Below are positions 46,919-60,239 of a DNA stretch of 64,000 bases, piece after piece. How positions within the stretch are numbered: the stretch's first letter is position 1; every line of letters starts with the position of its first letter. The notes below the pieces were generated by a model. That model saw only the letters and a program-made list of their open reading frames with translations. It was not told the DNA's origin and searched no databases. Where the stretch lies: contig CM060732.1 of NCBI GenBank assembly GCA_030704615.1, positions 22,196,001 to 22,260,000 on the forward strand, given 5' to 3'. Source of the DNA: Takakia lepidozioides (taxonomy: Eukaryota; Plantae; Bryophyta). The translations under genes and the position numbers were made by a program.

Positions 46919-49900
46919 CCTCCGAACGAGCAGCTGCAAATAGCGCCCACTCATTTCTTGCAGCCTAGACGACCAGCAGTATCTAGATGCTAATTGGATT
47001 CCAAAACAGAACACTGGTCAACTAGTTATATATATATGCCAAATTATGAGTAGAGCTCTGTCATCACAATCCTGGAAGGCATGAAGAACCCAAGTCTCCT
47101 TGATGTCGAGTTTGTAAGGTCTTCAAGTCAGCTGGCTGGAAACACCTCACAGGGCTGTGCAAGCTGATGCTCATGGGCATGATGGCCAGTAGTATAAACT
47201 GAAGTTGTTTCTAAGCTGGCCCATGTGCCAGTAATCAAGGATTGAGCCATAGCCTGGTGGTGGTGGGTAGTCTCCCTGTTGCAGTATGCCTTATGGCTCT
47301 TTGTGGCTGGAACCTTATTCTTTCTCTTTCAAGATTCCTCCATGGTCAGTCCTACTGAGGTCCCCCTTGTTTGCTTGGGCTTGCAATTATCAAGACTTAC
47401 CCTAGAAGATTATTTCGTTGAGAGGAGTGGGCAATGATTTCTAGGAGTCCCTGTGAGGTTGAATGAAAATCCCGGGCAGGGAGATCTCACCCATGAAAAC
47501 CCAACAGATTTCATCCGAAAATAGAAGCTTTCCTCACATCATACTCCACCCACTCACCTCACCATTGCAAATCCTGGAGACCTGTTCAGTTTCTATTTTG
47601 GTCTTGTTTTGCAAAACAGTACCGCAGGGGCTGGACTTAGTATGCTACACTTGTGCACTCCAACTCTCAGGTCTTCCGTTCTTGAGCATATCTTCATTCT
47701 CTCTTCGTAGTGAGGGCGACAAAGTTGAGTGGGAAGATGGGTCTGCGCACCTTGTATGCACTCTGTTTTCTCGCATTTTCTTGTATTTGCTTGAAGTTGG
47801 CATACTTCGTGGTTTCTTTGGTAACCTAATCTGCTTCTGTGGGGGTCTGAATTTGTCATCTGAGGTTGGGGTTTATAAGAGCTGCCGCCATGGCTCTCAA
47901 GCGGCAACTGCAACGGCCGGGGTCCTGACGACATCCGTGTAGTTGGAAATCGCGTTCGAACACCCAATTATGCCATGGGTTACAGATTGCGTTGCCGCCA
48001 TGACTTGGATAAGATGTTCTAGTAGCCAAATCTTCTCCCAGGTACCTCCCATCTCCTTCCTCCCTCTCTTTGGTCTGATCCTGCTCGGTATGGTTGGTTA
48101 GAATTTTGGAGATTCTCACCCTCCTCATTGCCTTCAACGTTTCCCTTAGTTTTAATTCTTGCAACATCTTTTGTATGCAATCTAGGAACGGTGTTGGACA
48201 GGAATTGATACTTCATTGAGGTTGTTGCAGGTGGGGGAGAGGTTGCTGGACTTCGTGTGGGGATGAGTAGGAGCACAGATGCTGTGGCCACCTGATGCGG
48301 AAGGAAGGAAGGGAGATATGTACATATACTGCTCCTGCTGTAGCTTTCTAGTTACTCAGTGGTTTGAGAAGTGCAAGCACAAACCAACGCATGTAACACA
48401 GATGTAAAGGATGCCAAGTGAACAATTTTGGCGATTCAGCAAAAGCTGAAAACAGGCTGTGGTTCACAATAGCTGGCAGCAGGATGCTACTTCCTTCTTT
48501 CTTTCTCGCACCTGATGCTAGCCTCAAACTAGTTTGGGTTTTCTTCAGAAGTGTGCTTCTTGTTCTTTGGCTCAAGTATCTTGGACTAAAAGAATTCGTA
48601 GACTTGTACTGCAAGCCTACACTTGCCAAGTTGTCTATGGATACATAGGTCGCTGGCTGCGATGTGCTTCAATGCGAGCACTTCCTGTTCCAGGAAACTT
48701 GGGCCATATGGTAGAATGCACATGTATTGCTTCAAGAGGTAAGAGGGTACAGAGACTAAGGCCTGGGGAAAGATCTGCAAAGGTCATGGGAGGTAGAGAG
48801 ATTCACACACACAAGCACAACAGGAACTTGGAGAGGCAGCAACAGTTGATGTCCTTGATTGAAGACTCCAACACACTGCCATTGGACCCCTACTGCTTGT
48901 TTACAAGCTGGTTAGCTAAACGACTGTCAAGTTGCTAAAATTACCGGATGCCAGAGTTCTCCTATTATCTGATCTAGGGAGTGAAGTAGCTCCCAATAGC
49001 TATCACCACTTGTCTCTACGTCTCTACCTGTCACTATATGTCCCCCTACAACAACCTCCAGCCGCAGATTTGGATCGAGGACTGTGATGGAGAGAACAAA
49101 GTAGAGGACCCTAGGACCCACGTTGCCTCAGACAGTAAAGGAGGATGTTCAAATGAAACTTAAACTTCACGAAGTGGGCCTGGCGGTTGCATCCTCAGCC
49201 CATATTTTTCGCACCATTCCCCAACCAGTTGGCTGCATGGCCCCATACTATCCTACCCTGCCTCTGCTTCTGAGAAGACTGTCCTCCCTTTCATTCCTGT
49301 GGAACTCCTGACCACATTTTCTTGTCTCTCCCTTCGCGCAATATCTCCATGAATTGTAGACTTGTATGGGAGAGGTTACATGTGGCCGGATAGACATGAC
49401 GTTCGCAGAGCTGAAATTGCAAAAATTACAGACAAGAGAGATTCTCACAATCACAAACATAGTCAGATGTAGATCCCTCCACATGAGTTGTGCAAATGAT
49501 CTTGATCCATTCCATTAGTTCAAGCTTGTTTCCTCTATATTCACACCCGCAGCTTGGAAACACAAAGGGGTAATTAGTCAATTGGGGCAATGCAGTGCTC
49601 TTAACTTGAAAGAATTCTTGGATATTACATTTTAACACTTCTCACAAAACACTTCAAATATAATATTCTCCACATTCACATTGCCAGGAATGATCTCAAG
49701 ACTTCCACCAACTTAGTACAAACTGGTCCGCTAATCAAGGGTCCGCTAATCAACTTTGGTGATCCCCCAAAAACAGTTGCAAGAAGAAAATAACAACAAT
49801 AAACCCTATTATATGTTTAGTACAAAGCATATAAGAAGTAATCTGTCCTTCGTGCACATCTCATCACTTCTCTAACCCTGATCTCGGAGCTCAGAGTGGG

Positions 49901-50701
49901 TTGAGACGTTTAGACATCAGGGGGTTCTAGACCCCACTAGGATGTAAGCCAATGTGTTAACGGCACCCATTAAATGGGGTTACCCACCCTTTTGACTACA
50001 AGAAATTTGGGGTACCACTGATTACTTTTTTTGACATCTTAAAGGAGCGGTAGGTTACCTCAAAAGTTGGAACGAGTACCCAAATATCCATGCATTGTGG
50101 TCGGCAAAGTCATAGTGCTTCATCCTGCCTGCATCATCGTCAAACGTGGATATGGTTACTGTGCACTCCTTGTCCCCAGCCAGAGTCGCCTCCCTCTCCT
50201 CTCCTGCAGTCTCGTATGTCAGACTTAAGAAAAAAAGGGTACCCATGCCTGGCCATGGAGTACCCAAATAACATACCCAAATGCCTCTGTTTGGGATTTG
50301 TCCTTGCTTGTAGTCTCAAGACAGCCTTCTCGGCCTCTCTTGTGAAAGATTTGCATAAAAATACAACAATGTTGACTGATTGTTTATCTGGATAGTTGGA
50401 TTCCTATGAACATCTAGTTGTCACAATTGTGCTCGGAGTAATGGGCCTATATCCTTTGAAGATTCACATGTTCTACCTTCTTGGTCCAAAAATTTCAACA
50501 CCCATCTTCTGTCCAAGCAGTGATGACACCTCTGTAAGAAGGTTGTCTGGCTGCTGTTCAATGACCATTTGTAAACAGAAATGATCACCATGAGCAGCTC
50601 AAAGAGAGTCTGACAATGTCTTGCAATTTTTCTCCTTGCATAAGAAAATAACAATAACTTCCATTGTCATGATGCATTTTCTTTCGTGCATGTTGGTTGC
50701 T

Positions 50702-51036
50702 TCACCAGTAATCCCCACAAGAACAAACGCCATCTTGGAATTGTGGAAGCGGTTGGCATCCCGGACAATAATTGTTCGTCCGACAATATTTGAGATGATC
50801 TTGGTGGCGGTGTGGCAATCACCACACGTTCGAAGGTTCTTGATGACGCAGATAGGTGTACCAGGTGGTGTGCTGATCAGCCCAAAGGCAATCGCAAGCT
50901 TCTCACTGTGGTGGCCAAGAGAAATTTCCTTCTGCTCCTCCTCCACATCATGCAATACAAAGCGTGTGTCAGGCACATACCCAGCCTCCTTCATCTGCCA
51001 AGCTAACGTCCTTAACTCTGAATGGATTTCCTCAAT
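50702..51036 (-). pseudogene. DYW deaminase domain cut off by an in-frame stop and a terminal frameshift
   Basis: In frame behind the stop: [41 protein letters not shown] lies in a shifted frame ending at 50702. Confidence 0.9.
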
Positions 51037-53205
51037 TTAGGGATGCAACTTGTCATCAACAACAAACGTATGCACACAGTTGTCCACCTCAATGCAACTG
51101 CACCCTGGCTCCTTTCTGACACCCCTATCCTGCATCATTTTTTTCACCTTTGCTGTATCCTCCCACCTGCCAGCAGCTGCATAGATGTTTGATAGCAGCA
51201 CATAAGTTCCAGCATGCTGTGAATCCCATTTGAGAAGGGATTTTGCTGCTCGTTCTGCCACCTCCACATTGCCATGAATTCTGCAGGCAGCAAGCAAGGC
51301 CCCCCACACTGCAGCATCTGGTTTGATTGGCATTTTGTTGATGAAGTCCTCTGCCTCATCCAATTGCCCTGCACGACCAAGAAGGTCCACCATGCAGCCA
51401 AAATGCTCCACTGTAGGAGTAAGACCATAATCTCGAGTCATAGAATCGAAGTAGTGACAGCCTTCATCCACTAGGCCCACATTCCTGCATGCAGAGAGAA
51501 CACATATAAAGGTGATACCATTCGGCTTCAAGCCTTCCTGTTTCATTTGTTCAAACAGTTGAAGGGCCTCCCCACCACACCCATGCTGAGCATATCCCGC
51601 GACCATCGGATTCCATGAGACCACATCTCGTTTAGTCATATGGTCAAACACTTGATGTGAATCCTTCATGCTACCGCATTTGGCATACATATTAATGAGG
51701 GCATTTTCCAGAATGATATCTGGCACAATTCCAGCTTCCATGATGTCGCTGTGAACCTTTTTTCCCTTCTCCAGTACTGCCAGGCTGGCACACGCCCTCA
51801 CAACGCTAATGAATGTCACCTTGTCAGCCATTATTCCTTCCTTTATCATCTGCTCATAGCTCTCAAAAGCTTCCCTGCCACACCCATTCTGGGCATATCC
51901 TGCAATCATGGCGCTCCATGAAACCTCATTCCGTTGAGTCATATTGTCAAACACTTGACGCATATCCTTCATGCTGCCACACTTGGCATACATGTCAACA
52001 AGGGCAGTCTCCAACATGACATCTGGCAAAATTCCAGCTTTGATGATCTCAGTGTGCACCTCTTTGCCCTTTTCCAGGGCTGTTAGGCTAGCACAGGCGT
52101 TGAGGACAGAAATGTACGTAACGTTATCGGCCCTCACCCCTTCCAGTCTCATTTGCTCATAAATCTCGCAAGCCTCCCTACCATAGCCATTCTGGGCATA
52201 TCCTGCAATCATTGCACTCCAGGAGACCACATTGCGTTGAGACATACTGTTGAACAATTGCCGTGCATCCTCCACGCTCCCACATTTGGCATACATGTCA
52301 ACAAGGGCAGTCTCCAGGATGACATCTGGTGCGATTCCAGCTTTGATGATCTGAACACGCACCTGTTTGCCCTTTTCCAGAGTTGCCATGCTAGCACATG
52401 CATTGACAATGGAAATGAATGTGACCTTATCGGCCGTCACCCCATATCGTGTCATCTGCTCATACATCTTCAACGCCTCCCTATAACACCCATTTTGAGC
52501 ATATCCTGCAATCATGACATTCCATGAGACCACATTTCGTTGGGCCATGTTGTCAAACACTTGTTGCGCATCCTTCATGCTCCCGCATTTGGCATACATG
52601 TCAGCAAGGGCAGTCTCCAGGATGACATCTAGGACAATTCCAAGTTTGATGATGTCAGCATGAACTTCTATGCCCTTTTCCAGGGCTGACAGGCTGGCAG
52701 AAGCCTTGAGAACGCAAGTGAATGTGACCTTGTTGGGAGCTACCCCCTCCCTAATCATTTGCTCATACATCTGGAAGGCCTCCTTACCACACCCATGCTT
52801 CGCATACCCTGCTATCATATTATTCCACACAAACATATCTCGTTCAGGCATTTTGTCAAACACTTGGCGTGCATCCACCAAGCTCCCACACTTGGCATAC
52901 ATGTTGACAAGGGTTTTGTACAGAAAGGTAGTTGGCTTGACTCCACTTTGGATAATATGGCTGTGCACCTGCTTTCCTGTTCCTAGGTCTTTAGTTTTGG
53001 TGCACTCCTCCAAGAGACAGATATAAGATTTGGAGTCTGCTGAAATTCCTCCTTGGTTCAAAATGTACACTGCCTTTTTCAGTTGTCCTGCTATACATAG
53101 TGTCCTCACATCCCCACAAGTGCTGGAAGAGTTCGTCTTGACTCCATCTCTTGGTCCACTTTCAAAAGCAGTGGTGCCTAACTCAAACAACTCTGCTTGA
53201 TTCAA
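51037..53205 (-). CDS. PLS-class PPR protein (organellar RNA-editing factor type) ending just after the PG box (E+-like); start uncertain
   Basis: Repeated DMYAKCGS..A..VFD.M..RNVVSW.AMIAGYAQ.G triplets; E1/E2 domains; KEPGCSCIEV PG box; TAA after DKLHP. Confidence 0.85.
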   Translation of the reverse strand: MNQAELFELGTTAFESGPRDGVKTNSSSTCGDVRTLCIAGQLKKAVYILNQGGISADSKSYICLLEECTKTKDLGTGKQVHSHIIQSGVKPTTFLYKTLVNMYAKCGSLVDARQVFDKMPERDMFVWNNMIAGYAKHGCGKEAFQMYEQMIREGVAPNKVTFTCVLKASASLSALEKGIEVHADIIKLGIVLDVILETALADMYAKCGSMKDAQQVFDNMAQRNVVSWNVMIAGYAQNGCYREALKMYEQMTRYGVTADKVTFISIVNACASMATLEKGKQVRVQIIKAGIAPDVILETALVDMYAKCGSVEDARQLFNSMSQRNVVSWSAMIAGYAQNGYGREACEIYEQMRLEGVRADNVTYISVLNACASLTALEKGKEVHTEIIKAGILPDVMLETALVDMYAKCGSMKDMRQVFDNMTQRNEVSWSAMIAGYAQNGCGREAFESYEQMIKEGIMADKVTFISVVRACASLAVLEKGKKVHSDIMEAGIVPDIILENALINMYAKCGSMKDSHQVFDHMTKRDVVSWNPMVAGYAQHGCGGEALQLFEQMKQEGLKPNGITFICVLSACRNVGLVDEGCHYFDSMTRDYGLTPTVEHFGCMVDLLGRAGQLDEAEDFINKMPIKPDAAVWGALLAACRIHGNVEVAERAAKSLLKWDSQHAGTYVLLSNIYAAAGRWEDTAKVKKMMQDRGVRKEPGCSCIEVDNCVHTFVVDDKLHP

Positions 53206-56200
53206 CCTTGTTATCCTGGAACTTACACCTCTTGGTTAGAAACGTTGACCCTCAAACCACATAATATGCCAAAGCTCTTTGGTAATTCACAGAAAGACTC
53301 ACCTTAATGACAGGATCTTTGCTACATCTTAATAAGGTCCTTGCTTTGGGTACCTCCACATCCCAGCATGTAAGTACTTGCAACATATATAGAAACTCAT
53401 ATGCCAGCTATGATATCTGAATTTTATGCATTAACTACAAAGAAGCATGTCTCCCAATCCTGATCACCTCCCAAAAGCAAAACATTACAAAACTTGAATC
53501 CATGCCAAATTCTACCCAATTTGTTATTTCCTATGCACCCAGCATACAATCTGCTCCATCCTTGCTAGGTTCCATTTGCCTTACTAGAACCTCTGCCCCG
53601 TGAGATATGTAATGGATGGATAACTGTCTCCCATAACAAAATTATAATTAAGCATACTGCAGAACACCCCAAACAACTAACAGACAGATCAGAAATCCAC
53701 GAGGTCTGCATATGTGAAGGAAGGATTGTCATACTGAAAGCGCCCCAACAATTCCCCACCACTAGTGCTTGCTGCAGACTTTGGCCTGGTAACTTCCAGC
53801 TTCTCCACTTGACCATCTACCCTAGCAGGTTTATTATTCCACGGTGCCTCGTTGGTATTCTTCTGCTTAAACTGTGATCCTCTGGCATTGATCTGCACCC
53901 ACACTCCATCCATGGTCCCCTTCAGCTATCCGTGCCTCCCTGACAGAAATGCTTTAGATTCTTTGCCTGACATTGGTTTAGAGAAGTAGGCAAAAATTGT
54001 CATACTGATCACAGCCAGGTGACACGACCCAATTACAGAAGGACAATGTTGATATTGGATGTTTATATATCATTTATTTCATGATACGACATGTTTACCC
54101 TCCACCTTCAATATGACACGTGTGGCTGTGTCAGTTGGTTCAAACTGAAGCGCAAAAAGGGATAGACATTGGCACTAACATTAAACTGCCTCATCTCAGA
54201 GCTTCATCCCCAGCCTGAACTTTAACCACAGCCAGTATAACACAAAAAAAATGGAAGCTATAACAATCTCTTGGAAACTACAGGTCAGATGGGTAGTACT
54301 GGAATCAACCCCCTGCTTTCTACTATGAGGGCATTAAAGCGATGAATCCACTTGCATTGCCCTTTACATGAGCTTGATCCAAGACTGATCCACTAGCCCT
54401 CTAGATTGCAACACATGTGAATAATTGCAGGGACAACTCGCAGTATCAGGACAAGAGAGAGACAGAGAGACCCCGGGCACAAATCATCCACTTGCAAGAA
54501 ATGCACCTTGATATCTGCTCCAGCTGTAGCATAAAAGTTCACCCTTTTGCCTCGATTGTCCCGCCACCGACTGGGGTCTGACAAATATCCATGGCCAAGC
54601 TCCACTTCTGTAACTTGACTTTTTGCATACATGCCTACAAATCCAGTGGCAGAGACATAACGATAACACTCAGGTCCACCAGACTGCTGGGAGTCACTGT
54701 AAGCCAACCCTGTGTCAAAACCAGACCTAATCTCCAGAAACAAGAACTCGCCCAAATTATTATCAGGGCAACAGGTTGAAAAATGTCCCTGGTGAACAAG
54801 TGTTCTACTTCCCTGATTTACAAAAGCTATGTGTTACAACAAGCATAGCTTTTTGGTCCCTTGACTCTTACAAAGATATATCACGGAGACATTGGTCTGA
54901 TAAAATGCTAAACAAAAGGGCCCCTCATGCCATGATTGATATGGACCTTAACAGAATGTTGCAATTGGAAAAAAAAACAGCTTGACTCATACCACATAAA
55001 AGTGGAATTAAAGCCAGCAACAACCTTCACATGTTGCCCCACAAGAGGTGGACAGGAGAGAGAGAGTGTAGACTTTGCTTGCAATAGCATTGTTGCCATG
55101 GACCCAACCTGAATTTGGACAGAGGAGAAAAGCAGCAGGAAGAGCAAAAGGGCATAGTGCAGACTGATGCAGTGCAACAAGTGCTTTTCCAGAATAAGCT
55201 TTCATAACACCTCTTTCTACTACCAGGCTCAAGACATGGCCGTCTTGGTTTTGAATTCTAGGGTGAATGTGTCCATGAAGGTGATGCAGAGCAGCAATTC
55301 AGGTCTTACTACCCTTGACTCCGTCTTCCCCAGGGACTTCAGGAGGATGTTGGAGGGCAGAGAGAGAGAAAAAGAGATGAACTCATGTATCCTTCCCAAC
55401 TTCCAAAGCAAGGAACCATCACTTAGCAAGGGGTTAGTAGCTTCACCTCTCCTTTGGGGTAGAAACAAGTATGCTCATTTTGATCGACCCATGCATGCAA
55501 GCACAATCCCAAGCAGCTATTGTTGTGCCTGGAATGATTGAACCTCGTTGTTGATATCGACATTGAGCAATCTTGACTGACTGCACACCATAGATAAGAA
55601 GAGGGTATCCATATAACTACTTCTATTCTGCAGTTTTCTCCAATTCACCACATATAACTGCACCCTGTACCCCATTCTCCACGTCTCTGTAGTACTCTCT
55701 TTGGTAGGACAAGGATAACCTACCAGCTTGCGAAGTCTGTTTTAGTAACAGTCTTTGCCACAGCAAGGCTGAATCTAGTCAACACTTTTCCAGTATTCAG
55801 GTACTCAATGTCCCGGCCATGATTACGGCCAATAAGGTGCCCCGTGTTGGCAATTTCCTAGTCGAATGCGACCACGAGCGGACGCGGCCACTACATTTTC
55901 TCTGCCTCCAGGTGGCACCGTCTCTCATCCCCCTGTCCTCGTCTACTCGTCTCGCACTGGCGTGAAGCTGAAACACCTCAATGCAGCGAGGTTTGGAAAA
56001 TGCACATGGGAGTACACAATTGTTCATACAACAGACTCTTGACAACCTTGGCCGAGGTCAAGGCTTGCAAGCACCATAGCCGCGGGGAGACTTGTGAGGC
56101 CACCCCAAGATGCCTGACTGGCGTGCCTGGTAGGATCCGACTAAGGGCATGGTGGATAGGAAGCCATGCCCCCACTGCTTCCATGCTTACTACTGCATCA

Positions 56201-57102
56201 CTGCTGCTTCTCCAAACCCAAGACTGCCATTTACTCCTTCTCCAAACTAGACACTGAGATGTGTTCCTTATCCCAACTGAACACAAAGATCTGTTCCTTC
56301 TCCAGTTCCTCCTTCCTCAAACCCAAATACAGAGAACTGCTCTTTCTTTGAGATGTGCTCCTTCTCGAAACTGAACATTGCAACTTGCTCCTTCTCAAGC
56401 GAACACCAAGATCTTCTCCTTCTCCAAAACCAATACGGAGATTTGCTAGTTCTCTAAAACAAAACACCAAGATGTGCTCCTTCTCCTTCTGCGATAGCGA
56501 CAATTTGTTTCTTCGCCATCTAAGTCTGAATATTTATTTTCTCCATTCGACACACCGAGATTTGCTTTTTCAGCTCCCGTAAAAATCTCTCTGCCCTCCC
56601 AGGCATCGGGGAACAGACACCTAAACCCTAAGCCCTAGATACTAGGATTAGAGTTTAGAGGCATTGACTACACAACACTAGTCTCATCCGCGCCCCATCC
56701 ATGGAGCTGCGTGTTTGTGTCTCGCATGGACAATCGAGAGGTATGGCTGCTTCCCCGAATTCCCAGGGAAGGGGCATGCGCAAGGCCCTGTCTTCATCTT
56801 TTTGCAGTGATGGGGCGGGAAGCCTCGGATCCTGCTGCAGATTAACCGACCAGGCTGTGGAGCTGAAATGGGTATCAAACTTGGCGATGACAGGCCCCAA
56901 ACCGCAAACCCAAACTCCGCAGCCTCCAGGCATAGCGTACAAAGGTATGGACAGGGAGATCTTTGCTCACTCTCGCATCGGAGCCATCCTGGCTTCATAT
57001 TGTTCCGCCCACCCCAACAAAAACTTGACATTTACCAGTTTAGTAGACACCCTTACTTTCCTTCCATGAGAACTTTCAGGATCTGATGCTGAGAGAGAGA
57101 GA

Positions 57103-57624
57103 AATGAAATGAAATGAAATGGTACTTTATAACGTCCGCTAGAAGCTCAAAGAGCTTACGGGACAGGAGAAGAAAGAAACAAGAAGAGAGAGGGGCCACA
57201 AACAGCCCAAAAGCAACTAAAGCTCAAGGGATTGTCTAAGAGTCAACGCTTCATGCAGGTAAGCTGCCAAGCATTTCTGATCCTCGTAATCCAGAGTCCT
57301 CTGTTGGTCAGAAGAGCAGTAGTACTGTTCAGTCACTCTTCCCTTGTTCAGATAGTGCATATCAGCAGCTCATAGAACATCAACACTGACTCTGTTATTA
57401 GAGGTAGGTGGCAAATTTTTAGGAATGTCTACCTACCTGTCTGATTTGGTGGCTGGAAGTAAGGAGTGCCACACTCTACCAAGGGTCGAGAGGTTGGTAC
57501 TAACTAAACTCCACCAGTTATGGAGGTGGTTGGTAGCTGGGTCAAGAACACAATGATGAATGCAGCCTTGATGGAGTAGTTAGTGGCAATTCCATATAAG
57601 CAGCCATGTGTTGATCAATTCAGT
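57103..57624 (-). mobile_element. 5'-truncated non-LTR (LINE, RTE-like) 3' fragment in a (GA)n tract
   Basis: The minus strand ends in a (CATTT)n tail after ..QKCLAAYLHEALTLR... Flanked on both sides by TGAGAGAGAGAG. Confidence 0.45.
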
Positions 57625-58433
57625 GAGAGAGAGAGAGAGAGAGCACTTATTTATATTGTAGGATAATATTTTGTGGAAGAGGCACCAGTTTTCACCAGGG
57701 TAAGGATCTGACAGGGCTTGCGCATAGCCCACGGAAATCCTGCTGCAAGTTCCAGGATGGTCAAGCATTAATTATCCTCATTGTGCAGGGGTGATTACCA
57801 CAGATGTGGCACGCATCATTGTGGTCTTTCTGGAGCAGGCTATTATGTACCCTTCAAGAAGAGATGTTATGGAAGGCCTCTGCTATCATTCTTCAGCAAG
57901 GCTCAGACAATTAAGAGCTGCTAAAGATCAATGTTTAAGCAGTGTTTGCATGCAGGCCAAAGAATTAGCAGAGATCGGCTCTGGCTGGAGTTCTTCTCGG
58001 ATCCTTCACAGTGGTGGGACAACAGGTTTGATAAGGTGAGGCTTGCCTTCATTCACAACCAAAGAGTTTTGTGGTTGAAGGTGGCCTAATCCTAATTTGT
58101 AGACCATTGTATTCCTGTTGCTCAACTAAATGACAATCCCGCCACGTCTCGGAAACCAGCAGAAGCATCCTTCTTACTCTTGCTATGACTAGTTTGCACT
58201 CTCTTATTATCAGGCCATGAAAGTTTCTAGGTTTCTCCCTGTTACTTTCGGGCTTCGGTGGCTGTAACCTGGTCTATGTGAGGCTGTGATTGAAGCTATG
58301 GCTGCTCAGCTCCCCATCTGTTGTTTCACAGAAAAACCAAAGGACACCAGACTTCAGACATAAGTACACGAAGGAGGCCCTTTGGATTGAGGATTGGTTG
58401 AACCCTCCTTGGGTGAAGGGAGAGCTAGCTACC

Positions 58434-60239
58434 ATGATTCAAGGTCAAGCAGAATGCAGTGATATGAGGACACTGTGTACAATGGGACGACTAAAGGAAG
58501 CCCTGCACATTTTGAGCAAACGAGGCAAGTCGGCAGATTCCAGTACTTACGCCCTTCTCTTGCAGGGGTGCATCAACATGCAAGGCTTAGTGCAGGGAAA
58601 GCAGGTGCATGCCCACATTATCCAAACCGGATTCAAACCAAATATCTTCCTACTCAACACCATCATCAACATGTATGCCAAGTGTGGTAGTTTGGTGAAT
58701 GCACGCCTTGTCTTTGATAAAATGCCTGAACGAGAGATGTTTACTTGGAATATATTGATGGCAGCATATGTTCGGCATGGGTGTGGTAGGGAGACTTTCG
58801 AGATCTATGAACAGATGATACAGGAAGGGGTAACGCCCAACATGGTCACCTTCAATTGTGTTCTGAAGGCGTGTGCCAGCCTGGCAGTCCTGGAAAAGGG
58901 CCTAGAGATCCACACTGCCATCATGACGGCTGGAATTGCACCAGATACCATTCTGCAGAATACCCTCATCGACATGTATGCCAAATGTGGGAGCATGAAG
59001 GATGCACGGCAAGTGTTTGACAACATGGTGAAGCGAGATGTGGTCTCGTGGAGTGCAATGATTGCGGGATATGCCCAGCATGGCTGTGGCAGGGAGGCTT
59101 TTGAAATGTATGAGCAAATGATAAAGGATGGGGTCACACCAGATAATGTTGCATTCGTTTGCATTCTAAATGCATGTGCCAGCCTCGGAGTCCTGGAAAA
59201 GGGGAAGGATGTCCATGCTGCCATCATCAAAGCTGGAATTGCACCAGACATCATTCTGGAGACCGCCCTTGCTGACATGTATGCCAAATGCGGTAGCATG
59301 AAGGATGCACGTCAAGTGTTTGACAATATGGCTCAACGAAATGTGGTCTCATGGAACGCAATGATTGCAGGATATGCTCAGCATGGGTGCGGTAAGGAAG
59401 CCCTCGAACTACTTGAGCAAATGCAACAAGAAGACTTGAAGCCAAATGTGTCCTCATGGAATGCAATGATTGCAGGATTTGCTCACAATGGACGTGGTGG
59501 GGAAGCCTTTGACGTGTATGAGCGCATGACACAGGAAGGGGTGACACCCAACAAAGTCACTTACATATGCATTCTCAAAGCATCTGCCAGCCTGGCAGCT
59601 CTGGACAAGGGTAAGGAGGTCCATGCAGACCTCGTCAAAGCTGGAGTTGTGCCAGATATCATTTTTCAGAATATGTTGGTGGACATGTATGCCAAATGTG
59701 GGAGCATAGCGGATGCACGCCAAGTGTTTGACGATATGGCTGAACATGATGTCATCTCATGGAACACTATGATTGCAGGATATGCTCAGCACGGCTGCGG
59801 TAGGAAAGCCCTCCAACTGTTTGAACAGATGCAACAGGAAGGCTCGAAGCCCAACAGTATCACAATCACAGGTGTTCTCTCTGCATGTAACCATGTGGGG
59901 CTAGTCGATGAAGGCAGTCACTACTTTGAAAATATGAATCGAGATCATGGCCTCACTCCATCAGTGGAGCATTTTAGCTGCATGGTGGACCTTCTTGGCC
60001 GTGCAGGCCGCTTGGATGAGGCAGAGAGTTTGGTCCACACTATCCAGGTCGAACCTGGTGGTTCCGTGTGGGGGGCCTTGTTTGGTGCCTGCAGAATTTA
60101 TGGCAATGTGGAGCTAGCAGAACGCATGGTGAATTGCCTTCTCAAGTTGGATACACAGGATCCTCCAACTTCTGTGCTGCCATTGAACAATTACGCTGCT
60201 GCAGGCAGGTGGGACCACACAGCACAGGTAAAAAGATGA
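58434..60239 (+). CDS. PLS-class PPR protein, truncated in the E region (possibly a pseudogene)
   Basis: Same PLS repeats as 51037-53205 and an E1 (EHFSCMVDLLGRAG). Frameshift at AQVKR*. First ATG at 58434; the frame is open from 58290. Confidence 0.8.
   Translation: MIQGQAECSDMRTLCTMGRLKEALHILSKRGKSADSSTYALLLQGCINMQGLVQGKQVHAHIIQTGFKPNIFLLNTIINMYAKCGSLVNARLVFDKMPEREMFTWNILMAAYVRHGCGRETFEIYEQMIQEGVTPNMVTFNCVLKACASLAVLEKGLEIHTAIMTAGIAPDTILQNTLIDMYAKCGSMKDARQVFDNMVKRDVVSWSAMIAGYAQHGCGREAFEMYEQMIKDGVTPDNVAFVCILNACASLGVLEKGKDVHAAIIKAGIAPDIILETALADMYAKCGSMKDARQVFDNMAQRNVVSWNAMIAGYAQHGCGKEALELLEQMQQEDLKPNVSSWNAMIAGFAHNGRGGEAFDVYERMTQEGVTPNKVTYICILKASASLAALDKGKEVHADLVKAGVVPDIIFQNMLVDMYAKCGSIADARQVFDDMAEHDVISWNTMIAGYAQHGCGRKALQLFEQMQQEGSKPNSITITGVLSACNHVGLVDEGSHYFENMNRDHGLTPSVEHFSCMVDLLGRAGRLDEAESLVHTIQVEPGGSVWGALFGACRIYGNVELAERMVNCLLKLDTQDPPTSVLPLNNYAAAGRWDHTAQVKR

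Noticed and set aside
47463-49640. Numerous short ORFs between the MADS and PPR genes
   Set aside because: No identifiable domains; likely degraded repeat sequence.
53565-55180. Possible fibrillin/PAP-like gene relic on the minus strand
   Set aside because: Only vague motifs (VEKLE..P..LLG; LHISRG) in disconnected frames; not supportable.
55800-56650. Coiled-coil-like ORF fragments (minus strand)
   Set aside because: Low complexity and frameshifted, with no recognisable family.
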